DNA from: an uncultured bacterium
GTDB lineage: Bacteria > Babelota > Babeliae > Babelales > Vermiphilaceae
NCBI GenBank assembly: GCA_963695335.1
Contig: OY968764.1
Span: forward strand, 352,001 to 416,000
Length of the DNA stretch: 64,000 nt
Reading direction: 5' to 3'
Shown here: one piece after another, positions 19,119-28,746 of the stretch
Layout: each line of letters opens with the position of its first letter
How positions within the stretch are numbered: the stretch's first letter is position 1
Translations under genes and position numbers: made by a program
Notes under the pieces: generated by a model
What the model saw: only the letters and a program-made list of their open reading frames with translations
Database searches by the model: none
Told to the model about the DNA's origin: nothing

Positions 19119-20093
19119 TTATTGTCGAAATATTGTGTAATGTCTTATTTTTTTATCTTCGCCTTGATCGTATTGCATATCAAGAAAATATGGTCGTAAC
19201 TTTTCAACTAAAAATGGTCGTAATGTAATCTGTTCTTTATAAAATTTATCTGTTCTGGGATTTAAAACATTTGCTTGTACGCGAACAGCTTTAGAATTTG
19301 TATTCTGTATTACAGCTTCCTTAAGGTCATCGTATAACACGGAAGCAATTTTATCTTTTTCTGTGGTATGCTGATGATGTCTGGGGATATGATTTTCTCT
19401 GTTATATTTTTTTTCTGCAGTTAAAGCGCCATAGAAATTGTGTAATAATTGATCTGCGTATTTATCAAAATCAACAATATAAGTGACATTTCTTACGTCT
19501 CTACTATTTGGTCTTTCTGGGTTTTTATCTTTTGAATATGCAATAACAGTGATTGTGTTACTGTTTTTACTGTTTAAAAAGCGAATGGTATCTTTTAAGT
19601 TCCAGTTTAAAGTTCTTTGTAAAATTCCTTCTTCATGAAATTCTCGAGCAGCAGATATTTTAGGATGCTTATCTGTTTTTTCTCTTCCTCCACTAAAATC
19701 ATCATATTTTCGTTTTTCTTTACCTCGCGCTTCTCTTGTGAGGATAACATATCTTTTTCCTTTAGGACCGGTATATATTGGCAAAACAGATCCAGATCTA
19801 TTGTTATATTCTGCAAGGCTAAACGATTTTGGTTGAGCTTTAAATAAATATGATAAAGGACTTATTTCTTCAGAAGAGAATTCGTTACCAACATTTTCAC
19901 AAGAAGTTTCTTCAGATGAGCTTTCTGTAAAGCTAAAGTCTGATTTTTTTTTCTGCTGTGATCGTTTTACAAGACTTTTAGCAGCTATTCTTTTTGTGGT
20001 TTCAGGTTCCATTGCAATAGCGGTAACAATCGTAAGCATTGCACATAAAGGTAGTAACCTTGCTAATAAGCTATTTTTTATTGTTTTAAACAT
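19119..20093 (-). CDS. Exported Nudix-like hydrolase with basic and Ser/Glu-rich N-terminal extension
   Basis: Signal peptide ending AIA-ME. DFSGGREKTDKHPKISAAREFHEEG. Confidence 0.8.
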   Translation of the reverse strand: MFKTIKNSLLARLLPLCAMLTIVTAIAMEPETTKRIAAKSLVKRSQQKKKSDFSFTESSSEETSCENVGNEFSSEEISPLSYLFKAQPKSFSLAEYNNRSGSVLPIYTGPKGKRYVILTREARGKEKRKYDDFSGGREKTDKHPKISAAREFHEEGILQRTLNWNLKDTIRFLNSKNSNTITVIAYSKDKNPERPNSRDVRNVTYIVDFDKYADQLLHNFYGALTAEKKYNRENHIPRHHQHTTEKDKIASVLYDDLKEAVIQNTNSKAVRVQANVLNPRTDKFYKEQITLRPFLVEKLRPYFLDMQYDQGEDKKIRHYTIFRQ

Positions 20094-20191
20094 AAAAGTA
20101 TCCTTTATTTATAAAACTTTATCTGTTTTCAATATATCAAATTGATACAATAAATTGGAATGAATATTTAAATATTTTCTCTTTGGATATG

Positions 20192-21571
20192 CTATTTTCC
20201 GACGCAGAATTCACGAAACACAGCATCCATGCCTGCTTCTGTGATGGTTTTTCCGGTTAGTTCCGATAGGGTGGTGAGGGCGTCTTGGAGATGATAAGAG
20301 ACAAGTTCGTAGCTTGTGTTATCACTAAGTAGATTTTTGGTAGCCATAAGTTTGGCTTCTAGAGAGAGCAAGTTATTGTAATGACGCTGATTTAAAAGAA
20401 AAGGTGATCCAATAGCAGTAAAGAGTGAGCTTATTTTGTTTTGAATAGCTGATTCGAGTGTGTTGATGCTGTTTTTATCCGTTGTAGACACAGGATATAC
20501 TGATTGGGAAACAATAAGAGAGTTATGTTGCTGTGGTAAATCTGTTTTGTTAGTGACGATAATAATTTTATCGGCGTATGTGGTAAGTAGGTTTTGATAC
20601 ACAGTGCCTTCAGCGCTGCTCAGCTGTTGCGAGCCATCAAAAACAAGTAAGATAATATCAGCAGTTTTTGCCTCTGCATGTGACCGGGTGATTCCCATTT
20701 GCTCAACAATATCATCAGTTGTACGTAACCCTGCAGTATCAATAAGGGTCCAATAGTTATTGTTTTTATACAACCCGGCTTCAATAGCATCGCGTGTGGT
20801 GCCAGCAATGTTGGTTACAATTGCGCGTTCCTGATCAAGTAAAGCATTAAACAGCGACGATTTACCCGCATTGACTGATCCAATAATAGCAATTCTGATA
20901 CCACTTCTAATTTGTTGTTGCTGATTAAAGGTATTTTTAAGATTGGCGATTGTTGCAAAAACTGAATCGATAATTTCTTTGATTTGTATGCTAAATTCCA
21001 TGTTTTCTTCATCCAAAAATTCAAAGCTTGCATCTGATAAGGCGAGAGCTTTAATGAGCTGTTTTTCTATGGTTATAACCCAGTGAGAAAAACTGCCTTC
21101 TAATTGCGATAAGGATTGTTTGAGGGCAAGTTGTGTGTTTGCGTGAATAAGATCGTTAATAGCTTCTGCTTGTATAATATCAATTTTATTATTGCTAACC
21201 GCACGGCGGGAAAATTCACCTTCTTGTGCAAGGCGCGCACCAGCAGCCAGAGCTGCTTGAATAATATTTTGGATAATAAAAGGGTTATTGTGGCACGTGA
21301 TTTCTACTGTATTATCGCCAGTGAATGTGTGCGGAGCCCGCATTAATAAAAAAAGGACTTGGTCAAGGTGAGTACCATTCTGATCAACTACCCATCCATA
21401 ATGAATGGTATGTGTTGGCAGAGAACTGATTACTTTATTATTGGGAAGTTTGCTTATCTTATCAGCAATTGCAAAAGCATTATCACCTGAGAGCCGGAGT
21501 AAAGCGATGGCACCACTACCTTGTGGTGTGCATTGGGCGATAATAGTTTCGTTGGATGATGAGTAGAGCAT
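20192..21571 (-). CDS. mnmE: tRNA modification GTPase MnmE
   Basis: TIIAQCTP, RLSG, GSVNAGKSS, GTTRD, DTAG, NKTD, terminal FCVGK. Start taken at ATG 21571. Confidence 0.95.
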   Translation of the reverse strand: MLYSSSNETIIAQCTPQGSGAIALLRLSGDNAFAIADKISKLPNNKVISSLPTHTIHYGWVVDQNGTHLDQVLFLLMRAPHTFTGDNTVEITCHNNPFIIQNIIQAALAAGARLAQEGEFSRRAVSNNKIDIIQAEAINDLIHANTQLALKQSLSQLEGSFSHWVITIEKQLIKALALSDASFEFLDEENMEFSIQIKEIIDSVFATIANLKNTFNQQQQIRSGIRIAIIGSVNAGKSSLFNALLDQERAIVTNIAGTTRDAIEAGLYKNNNYWTLIDTAGLRTTDDIVEQMGITRSHAEAKTADIILLVFDGSQQLSSAEGTVYQNLLTTYADKIIIVTNKTDLPQQHNSLIVSQSVYPVSTTDKNSINTLESAIQNKISSLFTAIGSPFLLNQRHYNNLLSLEAKLMATKNLLSDNTSYELVSYHLQDALTTLSELTGKTITEAGMDAVFREFCVGK

Positions 21572-21585
21572 AAGAGTATTTTTGA

Positions 21586-21680
21586 GTTCGTATGGTTTTG
21601 CCCCAATTTCCACTTCATTTCAATCGGGGTCCCCGTCGGAAGAAACTGAAGATGGGGTCAAACAGGCTCACCACGAACGG
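21586..21680. repeat. Family A half-element with family C nested at 21601-21657
   Basis: GTTCGTATGGTTTTG[CCCCAA...GATGGGG]TCAAACAGGCTCACCACGAACGG. Confidence 0.8.
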
Positions 21681-21711
21681 GATTAGAATTTTTTGTTTTT
21701 CCGTTTGATAT

Positions 21712-22455
21712 TTACTCAGGGCGAATCAAAACAACCTTGAGGTTTTTGATTTCTTGTTTGTACTGATTACGCAAGGAGGATACTATTAAGTGCGCAAAAC
21801 TGCGGAACAGTTGTTTTTCTTGTATTGGGTCAGCAATTAACGGTGTTTCAAACGTAAGTTTTAAATTTTTACCAGCAACTTCTGAATTAAAACCAACAGC
21901 AGGTAATCCCATGAGAGACAATGTTTGTTTGAGCCAATTGTGTGCTGTGGTTACCATTGTATCATTCCATGTTGCAGGAATATGACGTGTTTTAAGTACT
22001 GCATCAGCAGTTTTAGGTTGCTGAACTTTTTCTGGAGCATGTGTTTTTGGCTTGCCCTTCGAAGCTTCAGCGAAGTAGGGCTGATTTTCATGTTTTGTCT
22101 GAGGTGCTGTTTGTCTTACTGTAGTGGGTTGCTGCGTAATTGGCTTCACTGCATTTTTTTCTTCTACAATTGGAGTAACCTTTAAAGAGGAGGACTTGCC
22201 CTTCGTAGCTTCAGCGGAGTAGGGGCGGCATTCTTTTATTTTTTGCTGAGGTTTAAATATTGGTTTTTCATGAGTATTTGGTTTATCATTACCAAAAAAA
22301 ATACCAACCTTTGCAGGCTTGGTAGACATGCCAAAAAAATTTCTTTCTTCTTGTTCAAAAATTTTAATGGAAAACTCTTTTGGGTTTTCTGCTTGATTCC
22401 ATGCTTTTTCAATAGCTTTTATTATTGAAGATGCTTGCTCGATGATAGATTTCAT
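21712..22455 (-). CDS. jag: Jag/KhpB-like protein (Jag_N domain, linker, reduced KH-like region)
   Basis: MKSIIEQASSIIKAIEKA...EQEERNFFGMSTKPAKV. Located just upstream of mnmE. Confidence 0.7.
   Translation of the reverse strand: MKSIIEQASSIIKAIEKAWNQAENPKEFSIKIFEQEERNFFGMSTKPAKVGIFFGNDKPNTHEKPIFKPQQKIKECRPYSAEATKGKSSSLKVTPIVEEKNAVKPITQQPTTVRQTAPQTKHENQPYFAEASKGKPKTHAPEKVQQPKTADAVLKTRHIPATWNDTMVTTAHNWLKQTLSLMGLPAVGFNSEVAGKNLKLTFETPLIADPIQEKQLFRSFAHLIVSSLRNQYKQEIKNLKVVLIRPE
22051..22080. repeat. Family B element in frame in jag (PYFAEASKGK)
   Basis: CTTGCCCTTCGAAGCTTCAGCGAAGTAGGG. Confidence 0.85.
22195..22224. repeat. Family B element in frame in jag (PYSAEATKGK)
   Basis: CTTGCCCTTCGTAGCTTCAGCGGAGTAGGG. 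Confidence 0.85.
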
Positions 22456-22501
22456 GAAAGTAATCCCGTGTGAATAGATAAAAAAGAAGAATGATGATTT
22501 T

Positions 22502-22576
22502 TGGAGCGGGAAACGGGATTTGAACCCGCGACCTTTGCCTTGGCAAGGCAACGCTCTACCCCTAAGCTATTCCCGC
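22502..22576 (-). tRNA. tRNA-Gly (GCC)
   Basis: GCGGGAA acceptor stem, anticodon arm TTGCC-TTGCCAA-GGCAA, GTTCAAAT T-loop, encoded CCA. Confidence 0.96.
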
Positions 22577-22682
22577 TTATAGACCTGTTTCTTTTAATTC
22601 AATTTAGAGTACATTGATAAGGTACCATGCCCATATTTTTTGTCAACATAAATGGAAATAATGGATAGTAAAGGATAGTATA

Positions 22683-23285
22683 GTGTTAGATTATGTTGTT
22701 GGAATCGTAAAGTCCGCCCAAGATCAAGAAATTACCCTAGAGATTGGTATGTTTGGCATATCGCTACAAGTGCCAAGTGTGCAAAGCTTTGAACAGGGTG
22801 TCTCAAGCAAGGTATATAGTTACTTACATTGGAACGCAGAAAATGGTCCGAGTCTTTTTGGTTTTGCCACCCCAATGGATAGATCAATTTTTCAAGTTAT
22901 TATCAGCTGTTCTGGAATTGGCCCCAAGATAGCTTTGGCTATTTTATCTGACTTAGGAGCGCAGGGTTTTTTGCAAGCAATTTCCAGCGGTGATGACCAG
23001 ATGCTGAGCAAAGTTAATGGGATTGGTAAAAAGAAGGCAGAGCAGATTATTGTCCAGTTAAAACATAAAGTTGCTTCATTAATTGAATCAGGCACTGTTG
23101 ATGTGAGTGATGTAAAAGAGATAGCGCATTATCATGATGTGAGTTTGGCACTGCAATCTTTGAATTATTCGCGCCAAGAGATTGGACGTGCCATGGATTA
23201 TATCAAAAAGAATAGTAAAGTTGATAAAGCAACATTTGATGTTTTGTTGCGGCAAGCGCTTTCGTATTTATCAAAACAGATATAA
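22683..23285 (+). CDS. ruvA: Holliday junction DNA-binding protein RuvA
   Basis: SLFGF, SGIGPKIALAILS, GIGKKKAEQIIVQLK, ALQSLNY. Confidence 0.93.
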   Translation: MLDYVVGIVKSAQDQEITLEIGMFGISLQVPSVQSFEQGVSSKVYSYLHWNAENGPSLFGFATPMDRSIFQVIISCSGIGPKIALAILSDLGAQGFLQAISSGDDQMLSKVNGIGKKKAEQIIVQLKHKVASLIESGTVDVSDVKEIAHYHDVSLALQSLNYSRQEIGRAMDYIKKNSKVDKATFDVLLRQALSYLSKQI

Positions 23286-23286
23286 A

Positions 23287-23317
23287 AAAAACCAGGAATT
23301 TTTTGTTCCTGGTTTTT
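23287..23317. terminator. Bidirectional terminator between convergent genes
   Basis: AAAAACCAGGAA...TTCCTGGTTTTT. Confidence 0.75.
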
Positions 23318-23321
23318 AATT

Positions 23322-23936
23322 TTAGTTTGCAGAGTAAGGCTTAAAGTTTGGATTACGTTTTTTGCGTATTGCATTCAGTTGGTCTATATGTTCATTTCTT
23401 AAGTGGCGTAGACCTATGAAGGTAGTTTCAGCATCCTTGTTTATCTCTATTTCTCTTTTCTTTTGTTCAAGTTGATCTTTTGCTGTTAGATATCTTAGTG
23501 GAATAGTTTCTTTTCTTGCAAGATCATCAGTTAAGTTAACAGCATTATGAATAATAGTGATACCAGAAGCGATTTCTTCTAATTGACGACCAATCGTAGG
23601 TTTATCATCATATCGGATATCTAATTCTCTTTTTACTAGTTCAAGAACAGCATCACTTCCTGCTTTTGCACAGAATTCCATGAATCCTCTTGTTGCATGA
23701 TCACCAATGGTGCTTGCCATTCTATATTGAATACTGTTGTCACGAATGTATTTATCTTCTTTTGCTTGCGCCATTCTTTCTCTAGAATCAGTTTTTTTTT
23801 CTTTTTGTGACTTTTCTTGTTCTTCTGATGATTGGTCTTGCTGTGCATTGTCTCGTGGACTTTCCATACAAATAGTCTGGGTTGCGATAGCAAATAGTGC
23901 TACTAAAAGACAATGTGATTTTGATATATATGCCAT
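23322..23936 (-). CDS. Hypothetical exported protein
   Basis: Signal peptide ending TIC-ME, followed by charged helices. Confidence 0.7.
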   Translation of the reverse strand: MAYISKSHCLLVALFAIATQTICMESPRDNAQQDQSSEEQEKSQKEKKTDSRERMAQAKEDKYIRDNSIQYRMASTIGDHATRGFMEFCAKAGSDAVLELVKRELDIRYDDKPTIGRQLEEIASGITIIHNAVNLTDDLARKETIPLRYLTAKDQLEQKKREIEINKDAETTFIGLRHLRNEHIDQLNAIRKKRNPNFKPYSAN

Positions 23937-23948
23937 AGTATTCCTTTA

Positions 23949-24896
23949 TTATGGATGATAGGGGATTTTTGCTAATTTTGTTTCTATATATAAGGCTGTT
24001 TTTCGAGCGCTTGCAACACAGATATCACGAAGTATATTTTCATCTTCTGATCTTGGCATTACTTGCGCAAATGTTTTATGGCACAGTGCAGCCCCAAGAC
24101 CATGCCCCATTACCGGCAGGGTTGTTGAGCATAAAAAATGCCCAGCATATGTAAGAGCCGAAGGATTATTTATCTGTTCTATTCTTTCACTTCTTTTTTC
24201 ATGAATACTTTTCACTATATTATTTAAGTGATCTGCGCCTGTATCAGAACCTAACAATGGCTGAAGAATGGTAAAGAAATTGGCTTTTTGTTTTTGTATT
24301 TCACTTTCTTCGTCTTGTATTTTATCAGGATGGAAACGCAAACTTTGTTTTTTGTATAATTTGCTATTTTCATCAAGTTGTTCTTGGGTGGTCGCAGTAA
24401 GATAGAGGGCTTCAAGAAGGAAGGTTAATTTGTCTAAGCTGTTTTGAGCATTAGCGAAATTGCTTTGTTTTTCATTTTCTATTGCATGTTCATATTGTAA
24501 TGCAAGACCTTCTTGGAGATTTAAAGATTTTAATAAAACTGTATGAGGCTCATTACTATTCACTACATTGCGTTGAGTGTAGTTGAGTACATGAGTTATT
24601 GCAGCAATTTTATTTTTGGTTTCTGTAAGATCTTGTGCGTGATGATTCCCGGAAGTGCGATATTCTTGTAGATCTTCTTGGTATTGATGAAGAGATTGAG
24701 CAGCATTATCTAGAAGAGTTTCTCTCGGCAAAGATAATAGTTCTGCCAAATAAACTGATTGCTTATCAATTTGATATTTAATAATCATATCTTTGATGGT
24801 GCTTTTTGAAAGATGCTCTATTTCTTGCATAGCATATAATGATGAAATAGGTGCAGCCAAGAAACTACAGAGTAAAAGTTTTATATATTTAATCAT
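23949..24896 (-). CDS. Exported protein with a J-domain-like HPD motif
   Basis: Signal peptide ending LYA-MQ. KLYKKQSLRFHPDK...KANFF. Confidence 0.65.
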   Translation of the reverse strand: MIKYIKLLLCSFLAAPISSLYAMQEIEHLSKSTIKDMIIKYQIDKQSVYLAELLSLPRETLLDNAAQSLHQYQEDLQEYRTSGNHHAQDLTETKNKIAAITHVLNYTQRNVVNSNEPHTVLLKSLNLQEGLALQYEHAIENEKQSNFANAQNSLDKLTFLLEALYLTATTQEQLDENSKLYKKQSLRFHPDKIQDEESEIQKQKANFFTILQPLLGSDTGADHLNNIVKSIHEKRSERIEQINNPSALTYAGHFLCSTTLPVMGHGLGAALCHKTFAQVMPRSEDENILRDICVASARKTALYIETKLAKIPYHP

Positions 24897-25350
24897 GAGT
24901 AGCTCTTCTTTCTATTTTTTCAAAATCAGCATTACTTTTTTCAATTGCTTCATCGCACCGTTGTAGCAACACATCAATTTTTTGATCTTCGATTCTTCTT
25001 TCTATTTCTTTTTTAGTGAGATAAAGCAATATGCCACTTGCTACTGTTAATGAGCCAGCTAATGCGGTTGAAAGAGCATCGTCAGCTTTTGTATTGCTTG
25101 GTTTATGAACAGGAAGTAATTGTAAAGAGCTATTTTTTAAAAGGGGTTTGTAGGGATTAACTTTTGCTTTTGCCTCAACATAATCCGTTTTACAAGATCC
25201 TGAAAAAAAGACAGAAAGACCTTTGTGATCATACACAAATTCAAGTCCAAATTCAGTATCACCAGATTTTAAAGTGCAGGGTAGGCTCAGTAAGAATATA
25301 ATGAGAGATGATGCGTAAGTTACTCTTTTGCTAATTCTGTTGCAAGCCAT
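24889..25350 (-). CDS. Hypothetical membrane protein
   Basis: N-terminal and internal hydrophobic segments. Overlaps both neighbours. Confidence 0.6.
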   Translation of the reverse strand: MACNRISKRVTYASSLIIFLLSLPCTLKSGDTEFGLEFVYDHKGLSVFFSGSCKTDYVEAKAKVNPYKPLLKNSSLQLLPVHKPSNTKADDALSTALAGSLTVASGILLYLTKKEIERRIEDQKIDVLLQRCDEAIEKSNADFEKIERRATHD

Positions 25351-25775
25351 GATTCTTTTTCTTTCATGATTTTATCAGTGCTTTCTGTGTAGTGATCATA
25401 GCCAAGAAGATGGCAGATGCCGTGGCAGAGTAATGTGCGAAGGTGCTCATTGATTGTTTTGTTTTCTTGCTCACACAGCTCTTTAATATATTCAAGGGAG
25501 ATAATTAAATCTCCCACATTTTTATCATCTTCTGTTTGTGGCACAATTGTTTCTCCAGCTTTTAGATCTGGATGAAACGGGAAAGATAAGATATCTGTTG
25601 GTTCATCTTTGCTGCGGAAGTCGCGGTTAAAGCATTGAATTGCTTGATTGTCGGTTAATAAAATACCCAAATCAAAATCTGCATATCCCATTAAAGATAA
25701 GATTTTTTGAGCATCTTTTTGGAACTGTTCCACGCTGAAATTGGTGGTGCATTCTTCGTTATTTATATTAACCAT
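25320..25775 (-). CDS. ybeY: rRNA maturation endoribonuclease YbeY
   Basis: NRDFRSKDEPTDILSF, GDLIIS, HGICHLLGYDH. Confidence 0.95.
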   Translation of the reverse strand: MVNINNEECTTNFSVEQFQKDAQKILSLMGYADFDLGILLTDNQAIQCFNRDFRSKDEPTDILSFPFHPDLKAGETIVPQTEDDKNVGDLIISLEYIKELCEQENKTINEHLRTLLCHGICHLLGYDHYTESTDKIMKEKESWLATELAKE

Positions 25776-25830
25776 AATACTCTTTAAGTTATGTTGTCAT
25801 GCTCTTAACTATCTTGTTTATTAACTCTTC

Positions 25831-25967
25831 GCGCTCGTCCTGAGCTTGTTTAACCCTATCTTCAGTTCCTTCCGACGGGGACCCCGATTGGAACGAAGTG
25901 AAAATTGGGGAATAAAGGATATCTTTGAGCGCTCCAGGATACCCTTCAACAGGTTCAGGGCGAGCGC
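25831..25967. repeat. Family A doublet with reverse-oriented C nested at 25854-25910
   Basis: GCGCTCGTCCTGAGCTTGTT...AACAGGTTCAGGGCGAGCGC. Confidence 0.85.
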
Positions 25968-26065
25968 AGAAAAGATATAGAAAATAAAACCAATGGTATA
26001 ATTATACATTCTTAATTATCGCTAAAAAGCATAAAAAATCAAGCTAGCAAAGGATTTTTTTCTGA

Positions 26066-26100
26066 CCCCATCTCCAGTTTCTTGCGATGGGGACCCCCAA
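26066..26100. repeat. Partial family C element
   Basis: CCCCATCTCCAGTTTCTTGCGATGGGGACCCCCAA. Confidence 0.65.
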
Positions 26101-26119
26101 TAAGAAGAAGGTAAAAAAA

Positions 26120-28627
26120 TTAAGATAAAATCACATCCGCATGCCAAGTACCATCTGTTTGCGTGAGCGCAGAAGTTTGGCCATTATCTGTTTGGTAGGT
26201 AATAGTTATTGCTTGCGTAACACCACGAATCAATTGATCATGTTGTTTAAGTTGATTAAGCTTTTCACTCAAAGCAGTCATTTTTACAAACACATTCATG
26301 GTTGTTAGTGGTGTTTTAAGTGAAAGTTGTTTTTCTGATTTGAGCTTACGCACTTGTGTTGCAATGGTAATAACATCGTTGATAATTTCTGTGTCATCTG
26401 CAAACACATATGGAATTTGTATATCTTGGTAGCGTGTTTGATGAATGGAACGTACTGCTTCGTTTGTTGTATACATTTCTTGGTATATAGTCTCTGTTAT
26501 GTGTGGTAAATATGGAGCATACAGTTGCAATATACGCAATCCCGCTTGGTACAATGTCCAACGTGTTGCTTCTATATCTTCAGCTTTGTATTGTTCAGGG
26601 TTGAATAGTTGATTTTTAATAAGCTCGAGATAGTTATCACAGAAATTGCTCCAGAAAAACTGTTCTATCATATTAAGCGCTAAACCAAATTCATGTTGTT
26701 CAAGATATTGTTGGTATTTTTCACAACATGCAGAGATTGTGTGCAGAAGCCATTTATTTATTGCGCCAATTTCTTTTGGAGTAGTATTTGGTTTTTTGAA
26801 ATTTTCTAAGTGAGGTTGAGCAAAAAGAAAAGCGTTCCACATTTTAGTGATCAGTTTTTGGCCAACTTTTAATTGCTCTTCAGAGAACATCATGTCTTGA
26901 CCAAGTCTTCCTGAAGCTGTCCAATATCTGATGGCATCGGCAGGGTATCGTTGCAATAATGATATTGGATCCATTGTGTTTGCATTGTTTTTTGATTTGG
27001 AAAGTTTTTCTTTGCTATCACTCAGTACGTGACCAGAGATTACAATATCTTTCCATGGAACGGTATTATCATGCATCCATGATTTTACGATAGTATCAAA
27101 TGCCCAGGTGCGAATAATATCATGCGCTTGTGGGCGCATGCTCATAGGCATCCAGTTTGTGTTCGTATCCTTTGAGAGACCCAAGACGAACGGATTGGTA
27201 GTTTCAACTTTATTAATTTTTTGAAACACGTTGTAGCAAATATATGGTGTAATTGATGATGTGTTCCATGTATCCATTACATCAGTATCAGGTTTAATAT
27301 TAGTGCCGCCACAATCAGGGCAAGAGTCTTGATACGGTGTTTCTTGAGGATCAACAGGGAGTTGGTCAGCATGGGCAAGTATTATTTTGCTGCAATCTTG
27401 GCAGTGCCATGCAGGGAATGGGATTCCGTAAAAGCGTTGACGGGATATTCCCCAATCCCAGGCTAAATTTTCTACCCAATCATTGTAGCGTGATTTCATA
27501 AAAGTAGGATGCCAGTTGATATTGTCGGCAATTTCTAAGAATTTATTTTTATACGGCAATATGCTGATAAACCATTGTGGCAATATGGTGTATTCAATAT
27601 CTTTTTTGCAACGTTCGTGAACATTCACCGAGTGCGAAATTGCTTGCTGACGGATTAAAAGGTTTTGCTCGCGTAATTTTTCAATAACTGTTGCGCGTGC
27701 ATCAGCAACTTTAAGGCCTTGTAAAAAGCCAGCATTGTCAGTCATTTTGCCATCTAAGCCAATAACATGGCGGTATGGTAAATTGTGTTTTTTGTACCAG
27801 ATAATGTCTGTTTTATCACCAAAGGTACACACCATTACAAGACCACTTCCTTTGTCAATGGCAACCAAATCATCGGGAAGTAGAGGTACTGTTTGACCAA
27901 AAAGAGGCACGATTGCTTTTTTGCCGTGTAATTTTGTGTAGCGAACATCATCGGGGTTATACAGCACAGCAACACATGCAGGCAATAGCTCTGGGCGCGT
28001 TGTTGCTATAGTAAGATCATTACCATCACTATCTTTAAAAATAATATCATTAAAAGATGAAGGTTGTTCCTGATCATCTAGTTCTGCTTGTGCAACAGAT
28101 GTGCGGCAGGTTGTGCAATACAAAGCAGGTTCTTGTTTGCGGTAGATATAATCTTTATTAAAAAGTTCAATGAATGATTCTTGTGATATTTTGCGCGAAT
28201 CATGAGAGATGGTTGAATATGTTTCGCTCCAATCAGCAGAAAGTCCCATTTTTTGCCATAATGTTTTGAATGTTTCAGCAGCTGCATGAGACTCTTGTAT
28301 ACACAGTGCTATAAATTCTGAGCGAGACATTTCATGCCCGCGAACATTACGTTTTTTTTCAACATAACGTTCGGTTGGCAGGCCGTTGTCATCAAAACCA
28401 AAGGGATAAAATACAGAATGACCAGTCATACGTTTGTAGCGTGCAATGATATCTGTTTGTGTGTATGAAAAAATATGACCAATATGGAGTGTGCCAGAGA
28501 CTGTTGGGGGAGGTGTGTCTATGCTATATAAAGGGCCTGGATTGTTTTCCATGGCATAGGTTTTATTATTTTCCCATTTTTGCTGAGCAGCAGCTTCACA
28601 TAACTGGTGGTCGTATTTTTTTTCCAT
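26120..28627 (-). CDS. valS: Valine--tRNA ligase (archaeal/Rickettsia-like type 2 architecture)
   Basis: SIDTPPPTVSGTLHIGH, GFDDNGLPTE, DWGISRQR, KLSKS. No long C-terminal coiled coil. Confidence 0.95.
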   Translation of the reverse strand: MEKKYDHQLCEAAAQQKWENNKTYAMENNPGPLYSIDTPPPTVSGTLHIGHIFSYTQTDIIARYKRMTGHSVFYPFGFDDNGLPTERYVEKKRNVRGHEMSRSEFIALCIQESHAAAETFKTLWQKMGLSADWSETYSTISHDSRKISQESFIELFNKDYIYRKQEPALYCTTCRTSVAQAELDDQEQPSSFNDIIFKDSDGNDLTIATTRPELLPACVAVLYNPDDVRYTKLHGKKAIVPLFGQTVPLLPDDLVAIDKGSGLVMVCTFGDKTDIIWYKKHNLPYRHVIGLDGKMTDNAGFLQGLKVADARATVIEKLREQNLLIRQQAISHSVNVHERCKKDIEYTILPQWFISILPYKNKFLEIADNINWHPTFMKSRYNDWVENLAWDWGISRQRFYGIPFPAWHCQDCSKIILAHADQLPVDPQETPYQDSCPDCGGTNIKPDTDVMDTWNTSSITPYICYNVFQKINKVETTNPFVLGLSKDTNTNWMPMSMRPQAHDIIRTWAFDTIVKSWMHDNTVPWKDIVISGHVLSDSKEKLSKSKNNANTMDPISLLQRYPADAIRYWTASGRLGQDMMFSEEQLKVGQKLITKMWNAFLFAQPHLENFKKPNTTPKEIGAINKWLLHTISACCEKYQQYLEQHEFGLALNMIEQFFWSNFCDNYLELIKNQLFNPEQYKAEDIEATRWTLYQAGLRILQLYAPYLPHITETIYQEMYTTNEAVRSIHQTRYQDIQIPYVFADDTEIINDVITIATQVRKLKSEKQLSLKTPLTTMNVFVKMTALSEKLNQLKQHDQLIRGVTQAITITYQTDNGQTSALTQTDGTWHADVILS
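27159..27194. repeat. Degenerate family A half-element in frame in valS (PFVLGLSKDTNT)
   Basis: The reverse complement matches the intergenic copy at 30838-30872, which translates as PFVLSLSKDTNT. Confidence 0.8.
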
Positions 28628-28746
28628 TGATAACTCTGATTTTAAAACATAATGATTTATGTATCAGTATATATTGTTTGTGTTCTTCGACAAGATAAAG
28701 GGCTTTAGGTTTGACCCTTTTTGCAAACCAGGGTACACTTTTTTAT

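Noticed and set aside
22456..22551. Extended starts for jag (22551), mnmE (21613) and truA (56312)
   Set aside because: The extensions run through tRNA-Gly, a repeat or intergenic DNA. Family homology begins at the downstream ATGs.
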